Source: Bispira polyomma (Eukaryota). Taken from it: DNA of 64,000 bases. The notes beneath the pieces are model-generated. The model was not told where the DNA came from, made no database searches, and saw nothing but the letters and a program-made list of their open reading frames with translations. How positions within the stretch are numbered: position 1 is the first letter of the stretch; each line of letters opens with the position of its first letter. The position numbers and the translations under genes are program-made. This document shows positions 1 through 12,271 of this stretch, in pieces. The DNA lies in NCBI GenBank assembly GCA_965649765.1, contig OZ287750.1, positions 54,746,001 through 54,810,000 on the forward strand, given 5' to 3'.

Positions 1-350
1 AAGGCGTAGTAGGCCTTAAAATTAAGTGTGCTTACTTTTGTATGATTAGTTCACAAGTCAAAAATTACATTTTACAATAGTTTCTCTTATGATGCTCCTA
101 AGCTGTGGAATGATCTACCTCGTGATATTTGTACTGCCTCCTCACTTGCCTGTATTAGGAAAAAGCTCAAAACCAACCTATTTTGCAAGACTTTTATCAC
201 CTTAGTTTCCTTACCTTCTTTCCGGTGTCTCCATGGTCACAACCCCTGTACATGCAATGGCTTCATGAAATTGTCAAAATTTTCTGTCTCATGTGTCTTA
301 GAATGTGCTAGCACAGAGATAAGCGCTATAAAAGTTAGATCAGATTAGAT
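1..350 (+). mobile_element. 3' fragment of an L2/CR1-clade LINE
   Basis: Degenerate SFSYDAPKLWNDLP...RKKLKTNLF C-terminus, then AAGCGCTATAAAAG and a (TTAGA)n-like tail. Closely similar to 27280-27545. Confidence 0.8.
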
Positions 351-1289
351 AACAATAAAGGTGTTGAGGCATGTAATGATTATTATCACTTTTTCTGGGA
401 TATTGTCCATGGCAGAGCCTCATATGGGCTTAAATGACAAAAATTAAGATTTTAGGTGGATAAAGTCATTGCGGCCAGTTAGTCTGCTCCAAATTCACTA
501 GAGTTATAAACCTTTTTGGGCTAAATTCTAGAATTCACTACATAAAATATTTCACTATAAAAGGTTTAAGGTTTAGCCTTAAGTATCCCTGTGTCAAGTC
601 CGTCATGACCACACCCTGTCTAGTATATTTTGTAATTGTTTCAAAGGAAGACTCATAAATAACTACGTTGGTGGTATAATAAACTATGCCACAGACAAGA
701 GACTGTGAGAAGGCTTTTGTTACTGTAGAATTGAGTTTTTTCTCTAATGTTAGGGCGTTAAAAATTGGACAAATGGTCATACACCAAAATCAAGTCTTGT
801 CCTGCCAATAATAAACACTATATTACATTTTTTTCAGTTATTAGACATGACAGACCTATTTCCTACCACATACATTTTAGTAACAGTAAGACACAGTATA
901 GATAAGGTTGTTAGTTAGTTCACCACTGGATGAAATCAGAAACAGGATAGTTGGTAAAAAACATTAGCGTAAGCTTTAGAAATTTAGAGATTTTGTAATT
1001 ACCGTATTCACTTAAATTTAAATGTGGTTGTTCCACAGTTAATGATGATCTGGAGCAGCCCCAATTTTTGCGATCTTGGTGGCACCCTGTACTTAATATG
1101 AAGTGCAAATATTTTTTTGTCTATTCTCAGATTTTATAACCGCCTATTGTTTAGGCCTCAAGAAAGATTCACAAGATATGCTCTTAAATCAGATATCCAC
1201 AAATAGTAATTGCTGTGGCACCTTGGATTTTAATAAAGCAGAAAACCTAATGAATCGTGAATCTATTAATATTAGTTATGCACAAAGTT

Positions 1290-1625
1290 ATTTAAATCTA
1301 AAATGAATGAAGAGTTTCCAAAACATATTAATGCAAAACCAAAGCTAAGGTCTTATAAGCTTTGCAAACTCAATGCTGAGACTGGAAAAAATGTAACTGC
1401 CAATTTAGGCAGATATCAGCGGTCGTAAATGGCTGAAGTCAGGACTGGTACTTTACCCCTTGCAATTGAAAAAGGTAGATTTCCGAAAATTTTAATTAAA
1501 AATAGATTATGCGTATTTTGTAACAGCATCTTACATGAAGATGAAAAACACTTAAATTGTGTATGTCCATCTCAGAATGAGATTTATACGGTCACATTTT
1601 TTATTTTCTCTTATGCCAAATAATT
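1290..1625 (+). mobile_element. Non-LTR retrotransposon C-terminal fragment (Zn-knuckle region), degraded
   Basis: KPKLRSYK...EVRTGTLPLAIEKGRF...RLCVFCN...EDEKHL..CP, a typical LINE ORF2 C-terminus, broken by stops. Confidence 0.65.
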
Positions 1626-2440
1626 TTAATGTATATAGCAACCTGTTTTAAAACTATTTTGCATACTTTGGATGAATATCTTTTAATGACTGTTAAATTT
1701 CAAATTATATTTGGTACAAAACCTACAAAAACAATTACATTTTCATAAATGTTCTCACAATGAACTTGAAATTAACCATCTGTTTAGCTTTGGCCTTTTA
1801 CTAAAAATTAAGTGTAAACTATTTGTAATAAATTATGTAATTCTAAATCTTAGATGAAACATAAACAATGAGAAAACAATTAATAAATACAATTTTGCAC
1901 AAAACTTTATTTTTTAAATATATACATGTATATTTATCTGTATTTTTAATTACATATAAATGTATATAATTTGACATAAAGAAGACGTTAACATGGTTTG
2001 ACAAATTAACAGGGCTTTAAACTGTTTAAACATGTACATGATTTTACTATACCTTCATTAATGTCTCAAAAAGTGGACACCCTCCAAAATTTAATGGGTT
2101 CTGATGTGGCCCATGATCTATCACTGTACCAAAATTAAATCATTACAGTAGTTTTTGTCTAATCATGGTAACAAACAAAATATGGACATAGGCGAAACCA
2201 GAACTTTCTTGGGGGAAGTTAACATTACTGGGGATTGTAAATATATAAAGGAATGCATCTAAAGGCCAATTGGCATTACATTTTTAAAATCCTTCACAGA
2301 CCCTTACAATTCGATTTGTTTATGAAACAGGGATAATAGTGCCCTATAAAGTCATATGATATACATAACATACAAATTAAAAATACTTATATGAAGCTTC
2401 AAAAGGTATCAACAGAGTAAATTTTACTGTCTTCTTTTGT

Positions 2441-4255
2441 CTAGAGACCTAGTAGTTGATTTCCACGGTTTCTCTTAGAGACCAGGTAGACTCTTCCACC
2501 TTGACAGTTGTAAATTTTGCTCCCAAGCCACTTATAATACCAGCTCAGGCACCAGTTAAATCTGACCTCTATTGTGGTGACCAGTGCAAGCCTATTCAGT
2601 GTGAGAATAAGTTTCTGATGTTCTGCTATGGTCGATGCTGAATGAGCCATGACTGCAACCAGGAAGTTGATTAACATGACGGCAACCAAGAATGTAAAGA
2701 CCACATGAAGCGAATACAGAATGCCTATGTTTGTAATTTTGAAGGCTGTCAGATCCACCATGTTTAGCATGATACGAAATATGGTGTATGCAGTTTCGAA
2801 GACATTACTGAAGTCTTCAATGCATCCTTCATTAGAGTTTTGATTCACGAATGTTTCGAACACATGGATGAATGGTAGAACCATGATTAAGTATAGAACC
2901 ATAAAGTGGCCCATATTTCTGATCATTCCTTGTATACTGATGATAGAAGAACCAACAACCGGTAGGAGCTGGATGAAATAAAATATAGACCAAACACACA
3001 TAATAGGGATTATTACTTTAGTAATTTCTATAACTAAAAGAGCAGAATCATTCACACCATTGCCAGATCTTGTCAAGAGTAATGGAACACAAATTAGAAC
3101 AGAACAATACATCAAACACTGGCAAATTCTGTAAAAGATTGTATTGATAATTAGTTTCTTCTTTCCTAGTAAGTGTTTCACAGCTTTATCATAGCCTTTA
3201 AATTTAAACTGGATTATCTCAACGATATCAAAAATCATGAGTGCAACAGCTGCAGCCACTAGTATAACAGTCAAGGTATACCTAAACTCCTTTGATAATA
3301 TAACTTCCAAGTCAGGGCATGTATACTCAGTCAAGTTCCCTGGGTAAAGGTTTTGCATATAACTTGTATCAATATCAAAGATGAAGAAGGCCATCATAAA
3401 ACTAAGTCTCATGAAAAACCAAAAAAGAGCAGGTAACCAGTTTTGTTTAATCTTTGCAGCATACCAAGCACTAAATAAAGGTCCAAGGACAATACTGGTA
3501 ACTTTTGGATCTGTCAACTTCTCTTGTTGTAAAAAAGCAATATACCGAAGAGGAGATTTATTCTTACGACTTCCTGTTTCATACTCAGTGATGTCATGCC
3601 ATCGGTAGATAGTCATACCTCGAATGTCTTCACGAGCTACATAGATGCCTTTAGTTTCAAATATAACCTTGACCAGTTGCAGCGCTCCTTGTTGTGCTGC
3701 ATACTCCAATGGCCTGAAACCATCATCATTTTCACCTTCAAGTAACTCTACCATTTTGTCCTTAGTAGTCTGAGAAAGTAGCCACTGAAAAATGGTACAC
3801 ATTTTTTCTTCCAATGTTGGATAATATGTGGACATAGAAACAAGACTGTGTAGAACATTATGATTGGTACTGTCTTTTGTCAAGATATTAACTCCGTAGT
3901 TAATCATCACTTCTACAGCATGCTTAGCGCCCGCACCCACAGCTAGGTGCAATGGAAGTGACACTTTGTACCGATGCTTTCCAAATACACCAATAAAATA
4001 ATCATCCTGAAAGTCAAAAGGACAGTTCAGTAAGACATTCAACTCTGCAGCCTCTGTACATGATTTGAGGGTATTTTCTACATTCTGTGCATTATCAGAC
4101 ATGAGGGCATCAAAGTAGTCCTGGTACATCTGTATTGGTATGCTCGAGTCTAAAGTTTTCTTTTCATTGCCTTTAGATTGATGCAGTTGAGCAGATTCTG
4201 AAACACTCTCCAATTCAATGTCTGTAACTGTAGCTGCAGAGGATACTTTTGCCAT
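2441..4255 (-). CDS. TRPV-like cation channel, paralog 1 (604 aa, uninterrupted ORF)
   Basis: Ankyrin repeats (LPLHLAVGAG; HNVLHSLV; ENDDGFRPLEYAAQQG), TRPV-type linker (WHDITEYE...SPLRYIA), six hydrophobic segments, S4-S5 linker FYFIQLLPVVG, pore helix/filter TIFRIMLNMVD, S6 MLINFLVAVM and a TRP-helix-like segment. Confidence 0.92.
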   Translation of the reverse strand: MAKVSSAATVTDIELESVSESAQLHQSKGNEKKTLDSSIPIQMYQDYFDALMSDNAQNVENTLKSCTEAAELNVLLNCPFDFQDDYFIGVFGKHRYKVSLPLHLAVGAGAKHAVEVMINYGVNILTKDSTNHNVLHSLVSMSTYYPTLEEKMCTIFQWLLSQTTKDKMVELLEGENDDGFRPLEYAAQQGALQLVKVIFETKGIYVAREDIRGMTIYRWHDITEYETGSRKNKSPLRYIAFLQQEKLTDPKVTSIVLGPLFSAWYAAKIKQNWLPALFWFFMRLSFMMAFFIFDIDTSYMQNLYPGNLTEYTCPDLEVILSKEFRYTLTVILVAAAVALMIFDIVEIIQFKFKGYDKAVKHLLGKKKLIINTIFYRICQCLMYCSVLICVPLLLTRSGNGVNDSALLVIEITKVIIPIMCVWSIFYFIQLLPVVGSSIISIQGMIRNMGHFMVLYLIMVLPFIHVFETFVNQNSNEGCIEDFSNVFETAYTIFRIMLNMVDLTAFKITNIGILYSLHVVFTFLVAVMLINFLVAVMAHSASTIAEHQKLILTLNRLALVTTIEVRFNWCLSWYYKWLGSKIYNCQGGRVYLVSKRNRGNQLLGL

Positions 4256-4370
4256 AATGTTAACATGAAACTTTTACAAACTGCTTTGAAAATATTACTG
4301 TCTTTCACAATTTTACTCTGGTAGAGATAAACCGCCTCTGTGTTTTCACCTACTAAGCTAAAGCATTCCA

Positions 4371-4410
4371 CTCACTTTAGTGAGAGAAAGAAGTCTATAT
4401 ATATACACAG
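4371..4410 (-). promoter_or_regulatory. Putative TATA box and initiator of TRPV paralog 1
   Basis: TATATATA at 4396-4405, ~145 bp upstream of the ATG, followed by TCACT. The same arrangement occurs upstream of paralogs 2 and 3. Confidence 0.5.
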
Positions 4411-4727
4411 TAACACACCCCAACAGTAAATCAATCCATCAGCGAAAATATCCAACCAGTGTAAATAATTCTCAGTACCCCAAGTCAACAGAAACCCATT
4501 TAAAATGGCAAAGGACTCTGCCTAAACTCTTACAAATGTAAATGGGTGTATTGTACTGAACAATACCAGGTATTATCTGGGTAAATTGCAGACTGATAAG
4601 AAAAGGATCAGTTTTATGCTGTACACATCTTATATTATCAAATATGCACTAATGTTTCTGGGTCAGCGAGAAATCGTAAAGTCAAAGCTTTGCCTCAGTA
4701 GCAACTGAATTAACAGGGCACACTCAC

Positions 4728-4790
4728 TAGCCATTAATGGCTAAACGGAACTTATTGTTCTGAGTGGATACCTTGGTAATAACAGAACAG
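4728..4790. promoter_or_regulatory. Conserved upstream block with 16-bp palindrome TAGCCATTAATGGCTA (paralog 1)
   Basis: Block TAGCCATTAATGGCTAAACGGAACTTATTGTTCTGAGTGGATACCTTGG recurs at 11528, 36724 and 50953. Confidence 0.45.
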
Positions 4791-6077
4791 ATTATTATAT
4801 TGTGCAATTGTGGCATTTCAAGGAACACTATCTTTGTGAAATAGTTGCTCAGTGAACTCATACTTAAACTGCAATTATTGATCTAAAAAAAGTAGCAATC
4901 TAATTACAGAGTAAAGTATCTTCATTAATCTTTTTGGTAAAAATATAGGTATAAATTTCCATGCCAACTTGAATGCAGCTACTAAGATGTAGGAAATAGT
5001 CATAAATTGTATGTTGTAACTACATTTTCATTGACTATAAAAACCATCTCTGAGTCACCTTTATGCTGGATTACCTCATGCTGTAGAAAATGTATCTGCA
5101 TGTATTTCTCACATCAGAGAAAGTTGTAAAATATACAAGGTTTTATGACATTGAAGTAGAAATACCCTGTTTAGCAGCTTTATTTGTTGCTGTTAAAGTA
5201 CATTTGACGTGACTGTTGATGATAAAGAATAATTGATACTTTGCCAGAGGACAATTACGTGTTATTGGATAACAAAAGGCAAAACCAAGCTTTGGCTGGT
5301 ACAATATTTATGACCCAATGCATCGTTGGATCTGCCCTTTTTCTGTTTTGGTAAATATAAAAAAATATCCCTAAATTAAAGCTTAGGCTTGAATGAAATA
5401 CTTCCACTGTTAATCACATGCATTTTGGCAAGATAAATCCACTGTTTACTTAAAACTTAGTGAATTTATTTAAATTGCAATCTACCAATCCGAGGTAGCT
5501 CCTTTATGTGTATTATGCCTTGGAGCCAAGGCCAACGGTTCCGATATTTTGCTTACACTTGGTAAAATATGCGTATGCTTACCACTGATGCCTACTGTTT
5601 TATTAAATTGCCACATTATTAAGAGTATGAAGTTGCAATTAGTCCAAGGTACTTTCTTCAAATGGATTAACCTTGAAATCAAGATCAAATATTCATATTG
5701 TTCCTATTCTATGATTTTACTGTTGATCTATTTCGCTTGCACATTGCTGAAACTTAGCCCTGCACCTGATTATACGAAACACTAAGATATTTCGATTGTA
5801 ATACTTATTTTTCTAAATATACACATTTCTTTACCAGTGTTTGAAGCCATCATAAAATATTATATTTTTATTTAGTTTCTACTACAGTGAAAATACTGAA
5901 TTTGTTGTTTAATGCACTGTTTGTCTTAATAATTTCTGCACAAAAAATCGTGCTTGGGTCAATGTCTGGATCGTCATGTGTTTCACAATTAATATCAGGA
6001 TCATTAGTTATATCAGGATTCTCTGGACAACCGGTGGGGCATGTGAGGAATTCTTCCTGGTACTCGATGATGGCCCG

Positions 6078-6290
6078 TTAAACTTGTGGCACAAACTTGG
6101 TTATAGTTGACCTGCCCCATACAAACGAGTACTGTAGTGATGTGTAGGACTCCCCAGTTGCCAAATGCTTTAAAGTGATTGTTATCTTGAGTTCAGGAGG
6201 CAGTGCACTACTGTACCAGGTGGTGTGTCTCTGTATCCTGTGCCCCACCCTCCTTTCCATCTTCTGGAATACATCAGGAGCATCCTGAGG
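6078..6290 (-). mobile_element. PIF/Harbinger transposase remnant
   Basis: LPPELKITITLKHLATGESYTSLQYSFVWGRSTITKFVPQV matches the HARBI1/DDE_Tnp_4 N-terminal HTH motif. Truncated; terminal repeats not identified. Confidence 0.75.
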
Positions 6291-7924
6291 AAGTTGCGGT
6301 ATGACTGGAGATCTTGCAGCTCCAGGCATGGCATCATTGCTGTGTAGTGTCCATGTTCTTCCCTTTCCCTGAGCCATGGCTTGATCCAGAACCTTGGCCT
6401 TGCCGTTCACCACAATTCTCCGGCCACCCTCACCCTTACCTGAGGCTGTAGATTCAGTGCTTCCCTTTAATTCTTCAGTCTTCTCATCCTGCCTTCGATG
6501 TCTATAATAACAATCAGTTGTGCTTGCATGCAGGCAATTACAGCCCTAAGTCTATTTGCTAGATTTATTGTGAAATCATGTTGATCACTTTATTTCTGAA
6601 TTAAAACTATCTGGATTTAATTTCGACCCGTTGTTTATATAGGATTTGATAAAAACGGTACCCGCCGATTGCTATTACTGATCTGGATGAAATGTTCCAT
6701 AGGCCGACTTATCTTAGTGTCCAACAACTTGATCGTAATGCTGTTACAACCTGTTACAACCAAGCAGTTCTAGCGGCTTATCTTTACCAATCGGGGTGGT
6801 CGGGAGCAAAGAAATGTGATTGTAAAGACTAATCAAGCTGATCAATCGTAATGAAATGACTTTTCAGTGCGGTTGTACGACTTATCTTACAAGTTGTGAT
6901 GATGCATTTTTTTTGGCCCTTTAGTCAAAACATCGTGGGAAAACACCAAGGATTGCTTATATTATCGGGGCCTTTCCCAAACCGTCCGTGACAGTGGAAC
7001 GGCTCCATAAAGAGCTCAGCACAGTATGAATACACACAAACTTAAGCTAGAGAAGGGCAATTTACTGGATATCTAAAGATAATCCCTTGTGGCACATAAT
7101 GGCCGATGTAACAAAGTCTAAATGTTGTAAATGTAGCAAAATTATGTACATTTTGAAAACAGTAAAAGTAGTAATTTTAGTTTATTATAATTTTACATAC
7201 TTGTATTATACTGACATTTTGAATATACCAACTTTACATATTGTTGTGTGGCAATACGGCTTAATGTTTTACAAGTATTAGTGGGCTGATACATGATAAT
7301 TGTCAGTTTATTATTGAAATCAACAAATTAGAAATATATTACATGAGGATAACCAACAGTAAATACAAGTTATTACTGTCTTTTGGACATAAGGTCATCT
7401 TATAACACAGAGTCGATAATGTACTCATGCTTGGACTTTACTTACAGTTCAATTCTTCCAATTTTACTATTACTACATTCATTTAAGGTCACCTTTGCTT
7501 TCTAGTTTAGGCTAGTTTAAACTTAATTGATAGTGACCTCACATCTAGATTAAGGTGGCTTTACACCTATACTTGTGATGAACTTAGGTTTACCTTTAGG
7601 TACAATGGCACCTCATGCTAAGGTGACCTTATGCCCACATCGATGTCAACTGTATATAGAAATGTTAGCTTTATTGTAGTAACTAATAAAAGTTAAGCTG
7701 CATTCTTTTACTATCTCTGGTGTTATAAACTATCTAAGTCCATGAACCCTGAAGAACTGTGCACAGAAAAAATCGTCTGACCTCAAAATGAAAATAAAAG
7801 GCATTAAGGGTTATATAAAGAGTTTGGGTTATATAAAGAGTTGAACTAATTGTAACAAAATTTAAGGCTTCATAATGTTCTCCTATATTATACTAAAGCA
7901 AGTTTTAGGTTCCAGGGATATTCA

Positions 7925-8235
7925 GGTCAGTTAAAACTGCTTGGTGTTCACACATTTTGCCAGTGTATTGCTTGCTATTTGTCACTAATCTGTCTTTCTT
8001 TATTTTCATACATATCATGCTATTGTCAGTAATGTTCAAGATAGAAAGGGCAAATCATGTCAAACACAACAACATCTTATATCAGATTTATTTCTAGTTT
8101 AATGTCACTTTCGACAACTGGGTGCCCTAAACATTTGTACTAATCATTATATTATCAACATCATAAGTAAATAGAACATTTCTCTTGTCAGAAATATATG
8201 AAAATTATAAAACACACGTATCACAATAAACGAAC
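7925..8235. repeat. Old, deleted copy of the TGF-beta-gene 3' flank (segmental duplication remnant)
   Basis: AAAACTGCTTGG, TTTATTTTCATACATATCAT and CTTGTCAGAAATATAT...TATCACAATAAAC blocks match 39010-40110 and 53360-54810. Confidence 0.55.
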
Positions 8236-9201
8236 TAAACTTAAATTTTTTGTAAATACCAAAAGTCTTAATCTTTGCTTTTAAATCCAACTTTTACCAC
8301 ACTAAAAACTGAATTTTTGTATGCACTAACATTGCATAATGTTTATATTTTATAAATGTCGACAGTTTTAAACAATTAATGTAATAATTTATTTACTATA
8401 GCAATATTAAAACCACAAGAATCATACAAATGTTGTCTACTTTTGTGGCAATGTTTATTATGTCACACACAAATTACCTAACAGCAATAGCGTAAACAAA
8501 AAAGTAAAGGGTTTGTACCATAAATAGTTAGCTTTAGAATGAGATTATTATTGACCTATTTTTAATTTTCTCTGATGCCAAAAAATTTCAATTTATATAG
8601 CAACCTGTGTTGAACTATTTTGCATAATTTGGAAAATATTCATTAGAGAACTGTTAAATTCCAAATTATATTTAAAAAAACCCCCATTGCATTCATTTTC
8701 AAAAATGTACCAACAATGACTTTGGAACTAACCACCTGTGAAACTTCGGCCTTTTACTAATAAAGTTATGTGATAAATTATGTGATTCTTAATGGTGAAT
8801 GATATATAACCATTTAGAAAACAAATGATAAATATAATTTTATACAAGACTTTATTAGACCTCTAATAATGTCCCCAAATGTTGATCCGCTCCAAAATTT
8901 AATGGGTTTTACTTTGACCCATGCTCTATCCCAGCACCAAAATTATAATATTTCAGCAGTTTTTGTGTAATTCAGGTAATAAACAAACAAACTTCCTGGT
9001 GGAAGTAAACAGTATTGGAGATTGTAAATATGTAAAAAGCAATGCGTCTAAATACATATAGTGTCAAAACACTTTGAAAATCCTTCACCATAGACTTATA
9101 CAATAAGATTTGTTCTTAAAACAAGAAAAGGTTGCTATGGCTGAACACTCCATTAAGTCGTACAACAAAACATAACAAATTTACACCACTTTTATAAAGC
9201 T

Positions 9202-11052
9202 TTACAAGGTATCAACAGAAAAAGTTTCTTTTGGCTGCAGATTTAGTAGTTGATTTCCACGATTTGTGTTAGAGATCAGGTAGACTCTACCATCATGACC
9301 GTAATAAATTTTTCTCCCAATCCACTTATAATACCAGCCCAGACACCAGTTAAATCTGACCTCTATTGTGGTGACCAGTGCAAGCCTATTCAGTGTGAGA
9401 ATAAGTTTACGATTTTCTGCTATGTTTGATGCTGAATTAGCCATGACTGCAACCAGGAAGTTGATTAACATGACGGCAACCAGAAATATGAAAACCACAT
9501 GAAGAGAATACAGAATACCTATGTTTATGATGTTGAAGGCAGTCAGATCCACCATGTTTAGCATGATACGAAAGATGGTGTATGTGGTTTTGTAGACATT
9601 GCTGAAGTCATCAATACATCCTTCATTGGAGTTGTGATTCACAAATGTTTCAAACACATGGATGAATGGTAGTATCATGATTAAGTATAGTATGATGAAG
9701 TGGCCCATATCGCTGATCATTCCTTGTATGGTGATGATAGAAGAACCAACTATTGGTAGCAGCTGGATGAAGTAAAAAATGGACCAAACACACATAATAG
9801 GGATTACTACTTTAGTAATATCTATCACCAAATTGGCAACATAATTTGCACCATTGTCAGATCTTGTCAAAAGTAATGGAACACATATTAGAACAGAACA
9901 ATACATTATAGACTGGCAAATTCTGTAAAAGGTTGTATTGACAATTAATTGCTTCTTTCCCAACAAGTATTTGGCAGGTTTATCATAACCACTAAATTTG
10001 AACCGGATAACCTCAACGATATCAAAGATCATAAGTGCAACAGCTGCAGCCACTAATATAACAGTCAAGCTATACCTAAACTCCTTTGATAGGTTAACTA
10101 CCATGTCAGCACATATATACGCGGTCAGGTTCCCTGGGTGAAGCATCTGTATATAACTTGTATCAATGTCAAACATGGAAAAGGCTATCATAAAACTAAG
10201 TCTCATGAGAAACCAAAAAAGAGAAGGTAACCAGTTTTGTTTAATCTTTGCAGCAATCCAGACACTGAATAAAGGTCCAAGGACAATACTGGCAACAATT
10301 GGATCTGTTAGCTTCTCTTGTTGCAAACAAGCAATATACCGAAGAGGAGATTTATTCTTACGTCTTCCTGTTTCATACTCAGTGATATCATACCATCGGT
10401 GGACAATCATTCCTTGAATGTCTTCACGGGCTACATAGATGTCTTTTGTTTCGAATATAGCCTTGACCAGCTGCAGTGTTCCCTGTTGAGCTGCATACTC
10501 CAATGGCCTTAGGCCATCATCATTTTCACCTTTAAGTAACTCTACCATGTGCTCCTTAGCAGTCTGAGACAGTAGCCACTGAAACATGGTGCACATTTTT
10601 TCTTCTAATGTTGGATAATACATAGACATAGAAACAAGACTGTGGAGAACGTTATGATTGGTACTGTCTTTTGTCAAGATATTAACTCCATAGTTAATCA
10701 TCACTTCTGCAGCATGCTTAGCTCCCGCACCAACAGCCAGATGAAATGGCAGTGAAACTCTGTATCGAATCTTTCCAAATACACCAATAGAATAATCATC
10801 CTCAAACTTAAAAGGGCAGTTCAGTAAGATGTTTAACTCTTCGGCTTCTGTACAAGATTTCAGAGTATTTTCTACTTCCTGTGCACTATCAGACACAAGA
10901 GCATCAAAGTAGTCCTGGTACATCCGTATTGGTATGCTGGAGTCCAAAGTTTTCTCTTTGTTATTGTCTTTAGATTGATGGAGTGGATTAGACTTTGATA
11001 CACCCTCCAAGTAAATGTCTCCCATGGCAGCTGCAGAGGATACTTTTGCCAT
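9202..11052 (-). CDS. TRPV-like cation channel, paralog 2 (616 aa)
   Basis: Intact ORF colinear with paralog 1; identical pore segment TIFRIMLNMVDLTAF. Confidence 0.92.
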   Translation of the reverse strand: MAKVSSAAAMGDIYLEGVSKSNPLHQSKDNNKEKTLDSSIPIRMYQDYFDALVSDSAQEVENTLKSCTEAEELNILLNCPFKFEDDYSIGVFGKIRYRVSLPFHLAVGAGAKHAAEVMINYGVNILTKDSTNHNVLHSLVSMSMYYPTLEEKMCTMFQWLLSQTAKEHMVELLKGENDDGLRPLEYAAQQGTLQLVKAIFETKDIYVAREDIQGMIVHRWYDITEYETGRRKNKSPLRYIACLQQEKLTDPIVASIVLGPLFSVWIAAKIKQNWLPSLFWFLMRLSFMIAFSMFDIDTSYIQMLHPGNLTAYICADMVVNLSKEFRYSLTVILVAAAVALMIFDIVEVIRFKFSGYDKPAKYLLGKKQLIVNTTFYRICQSIMYCSVLICVPLLLTRSDNGANYVANLVIDITKVVIPIMCVWSIFYFIQLLPIVGSSIITIQGMISDMGHFIILYLIMILPFIHVFETFVNHNSNEGCIDDFSNVYKTTYTIFRIMLNMVDLTAFNIINIGILYSLHVVFIFLVAVMLINFLVAVMANSASNIAENRKLILTLNRLALVTTIEVRFNWCLGWYYKWIGRKIYYGHDGRVYLISNTNRGNQLLNLQPKETFSVDTL

Positions 11053-11160
11053 AGTTTAATACTGGCAAATGTCAACATAAAACTCAGCAAACTGCTTTGA
11101 AAATCTTTTTAATAGTAGAGAAATACCGACTATCTGTGATCACCTGGCGGACTATAACCT

Positions 11161-11200
11161 ACTCACGTTAGTGAGTGGGACAAATCTATATATACCCTGT
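11161..11200 (-). promoter_or_regulatory. Putative TATA box and initiator of paralog 2
   Basis: TATATATA at 11187-11194 and TCACT, positionally homologous to paralog 1. Confidence 0.45.
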
Positions 11201-12271
11201 AACATACACCAACAGTAAATCAATACCTCAATGTATAGCAGTAACATTATTGTTGATAGTGTAAATCATTCTCAGAACCCCAAGTCAACAGAAACCCATT
11301 TCCTATGGTAAAAGGCTATATTCAAACTCTTTAAGTCTTACTTTAAGATGAGTATATTGTGTTGGTGTGTAAACAGCAACATTTATTATCTGAGTTCATA
11401 GAAAATTGGTCATTGGAAAAATGATTATATGCTGTACACATGTCATTATATGAAATATTTTGGATGTTTTTGGATCAGGGAGGGATCGTAAAGTCAAAAC
11501 TTTGCATGAGTAACAAGGTGCATTCCCTAGCCATTAATTGCTAAACAGAACTTATTGTTCTGAGTGGATACCTTGGTAACAATAAAACTGATTATTATGT
11601 TATGACATTTTATGAGACCTTTTTCTTGTGAAATAGTTCATCAGTAGACTCACACTTAAATTACAACTATTCATATTATAAAGTAGAAATATACATACAT
11701 ATCTTCATTAATCATTTTGTTGAAAATATGGCTCTTAATCCACTTCAACTTGAATGCCAATCCTAAGATGTAGGAAAATTTAAATGCAGGCATAAATTGT
11801 AAGTTTTACATATACTTTCACTGAAAATAAGAACCATGTTTGAGTCACCCTTATCCTTGATCACATCATGCTGTAGAAAATGGTTTATGATATTATGGCG
11901 AAAATATCTTGGTTAGCACCGTTATTTATTGCTGTTAAGGTACATTTACCTTGGCCGATGATGACAAAGAACAATTCACATGTGTCATGGAACAACAATG
12001 GGTAAAAAAAAGCTTTGGTGTTTTAATATTCATGACCTAATGCATCATTTGATATACCCTTTTGTTTCTGGGAAATAAAAAAGGTGACCCACACTGACAT
12101 AATTTTATTACCCATTAATGAATTCAGTTTGAATAGTCTGACAAATATCACAACTAGAAATTGTCATAAAAGTAACATAAAAGCTTTGAATAAATCATGA
12201 GCACAAACAGGGGATTGGTAAACAGTAACTTAAGTGTCTTTTCAATGTAGTTTTAATGTACTTTGACTTCA

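Noticed and set aside
3381-3608. Recurrent antisense ORFs within the TRPV genes (also 10166, 35386, 49474, 2456, 48519)
   Set aside because: Shadows of the conserved sense coding sequence; short and without independent features.
4371-4376. GTGAGT splice donor implying a 5' UTR intron
   Set aside because: Not conserved in paralog 3 (ATGAGT) and too close to the putative start site; upstream non-coding exons cannot be excluded without RNA data.
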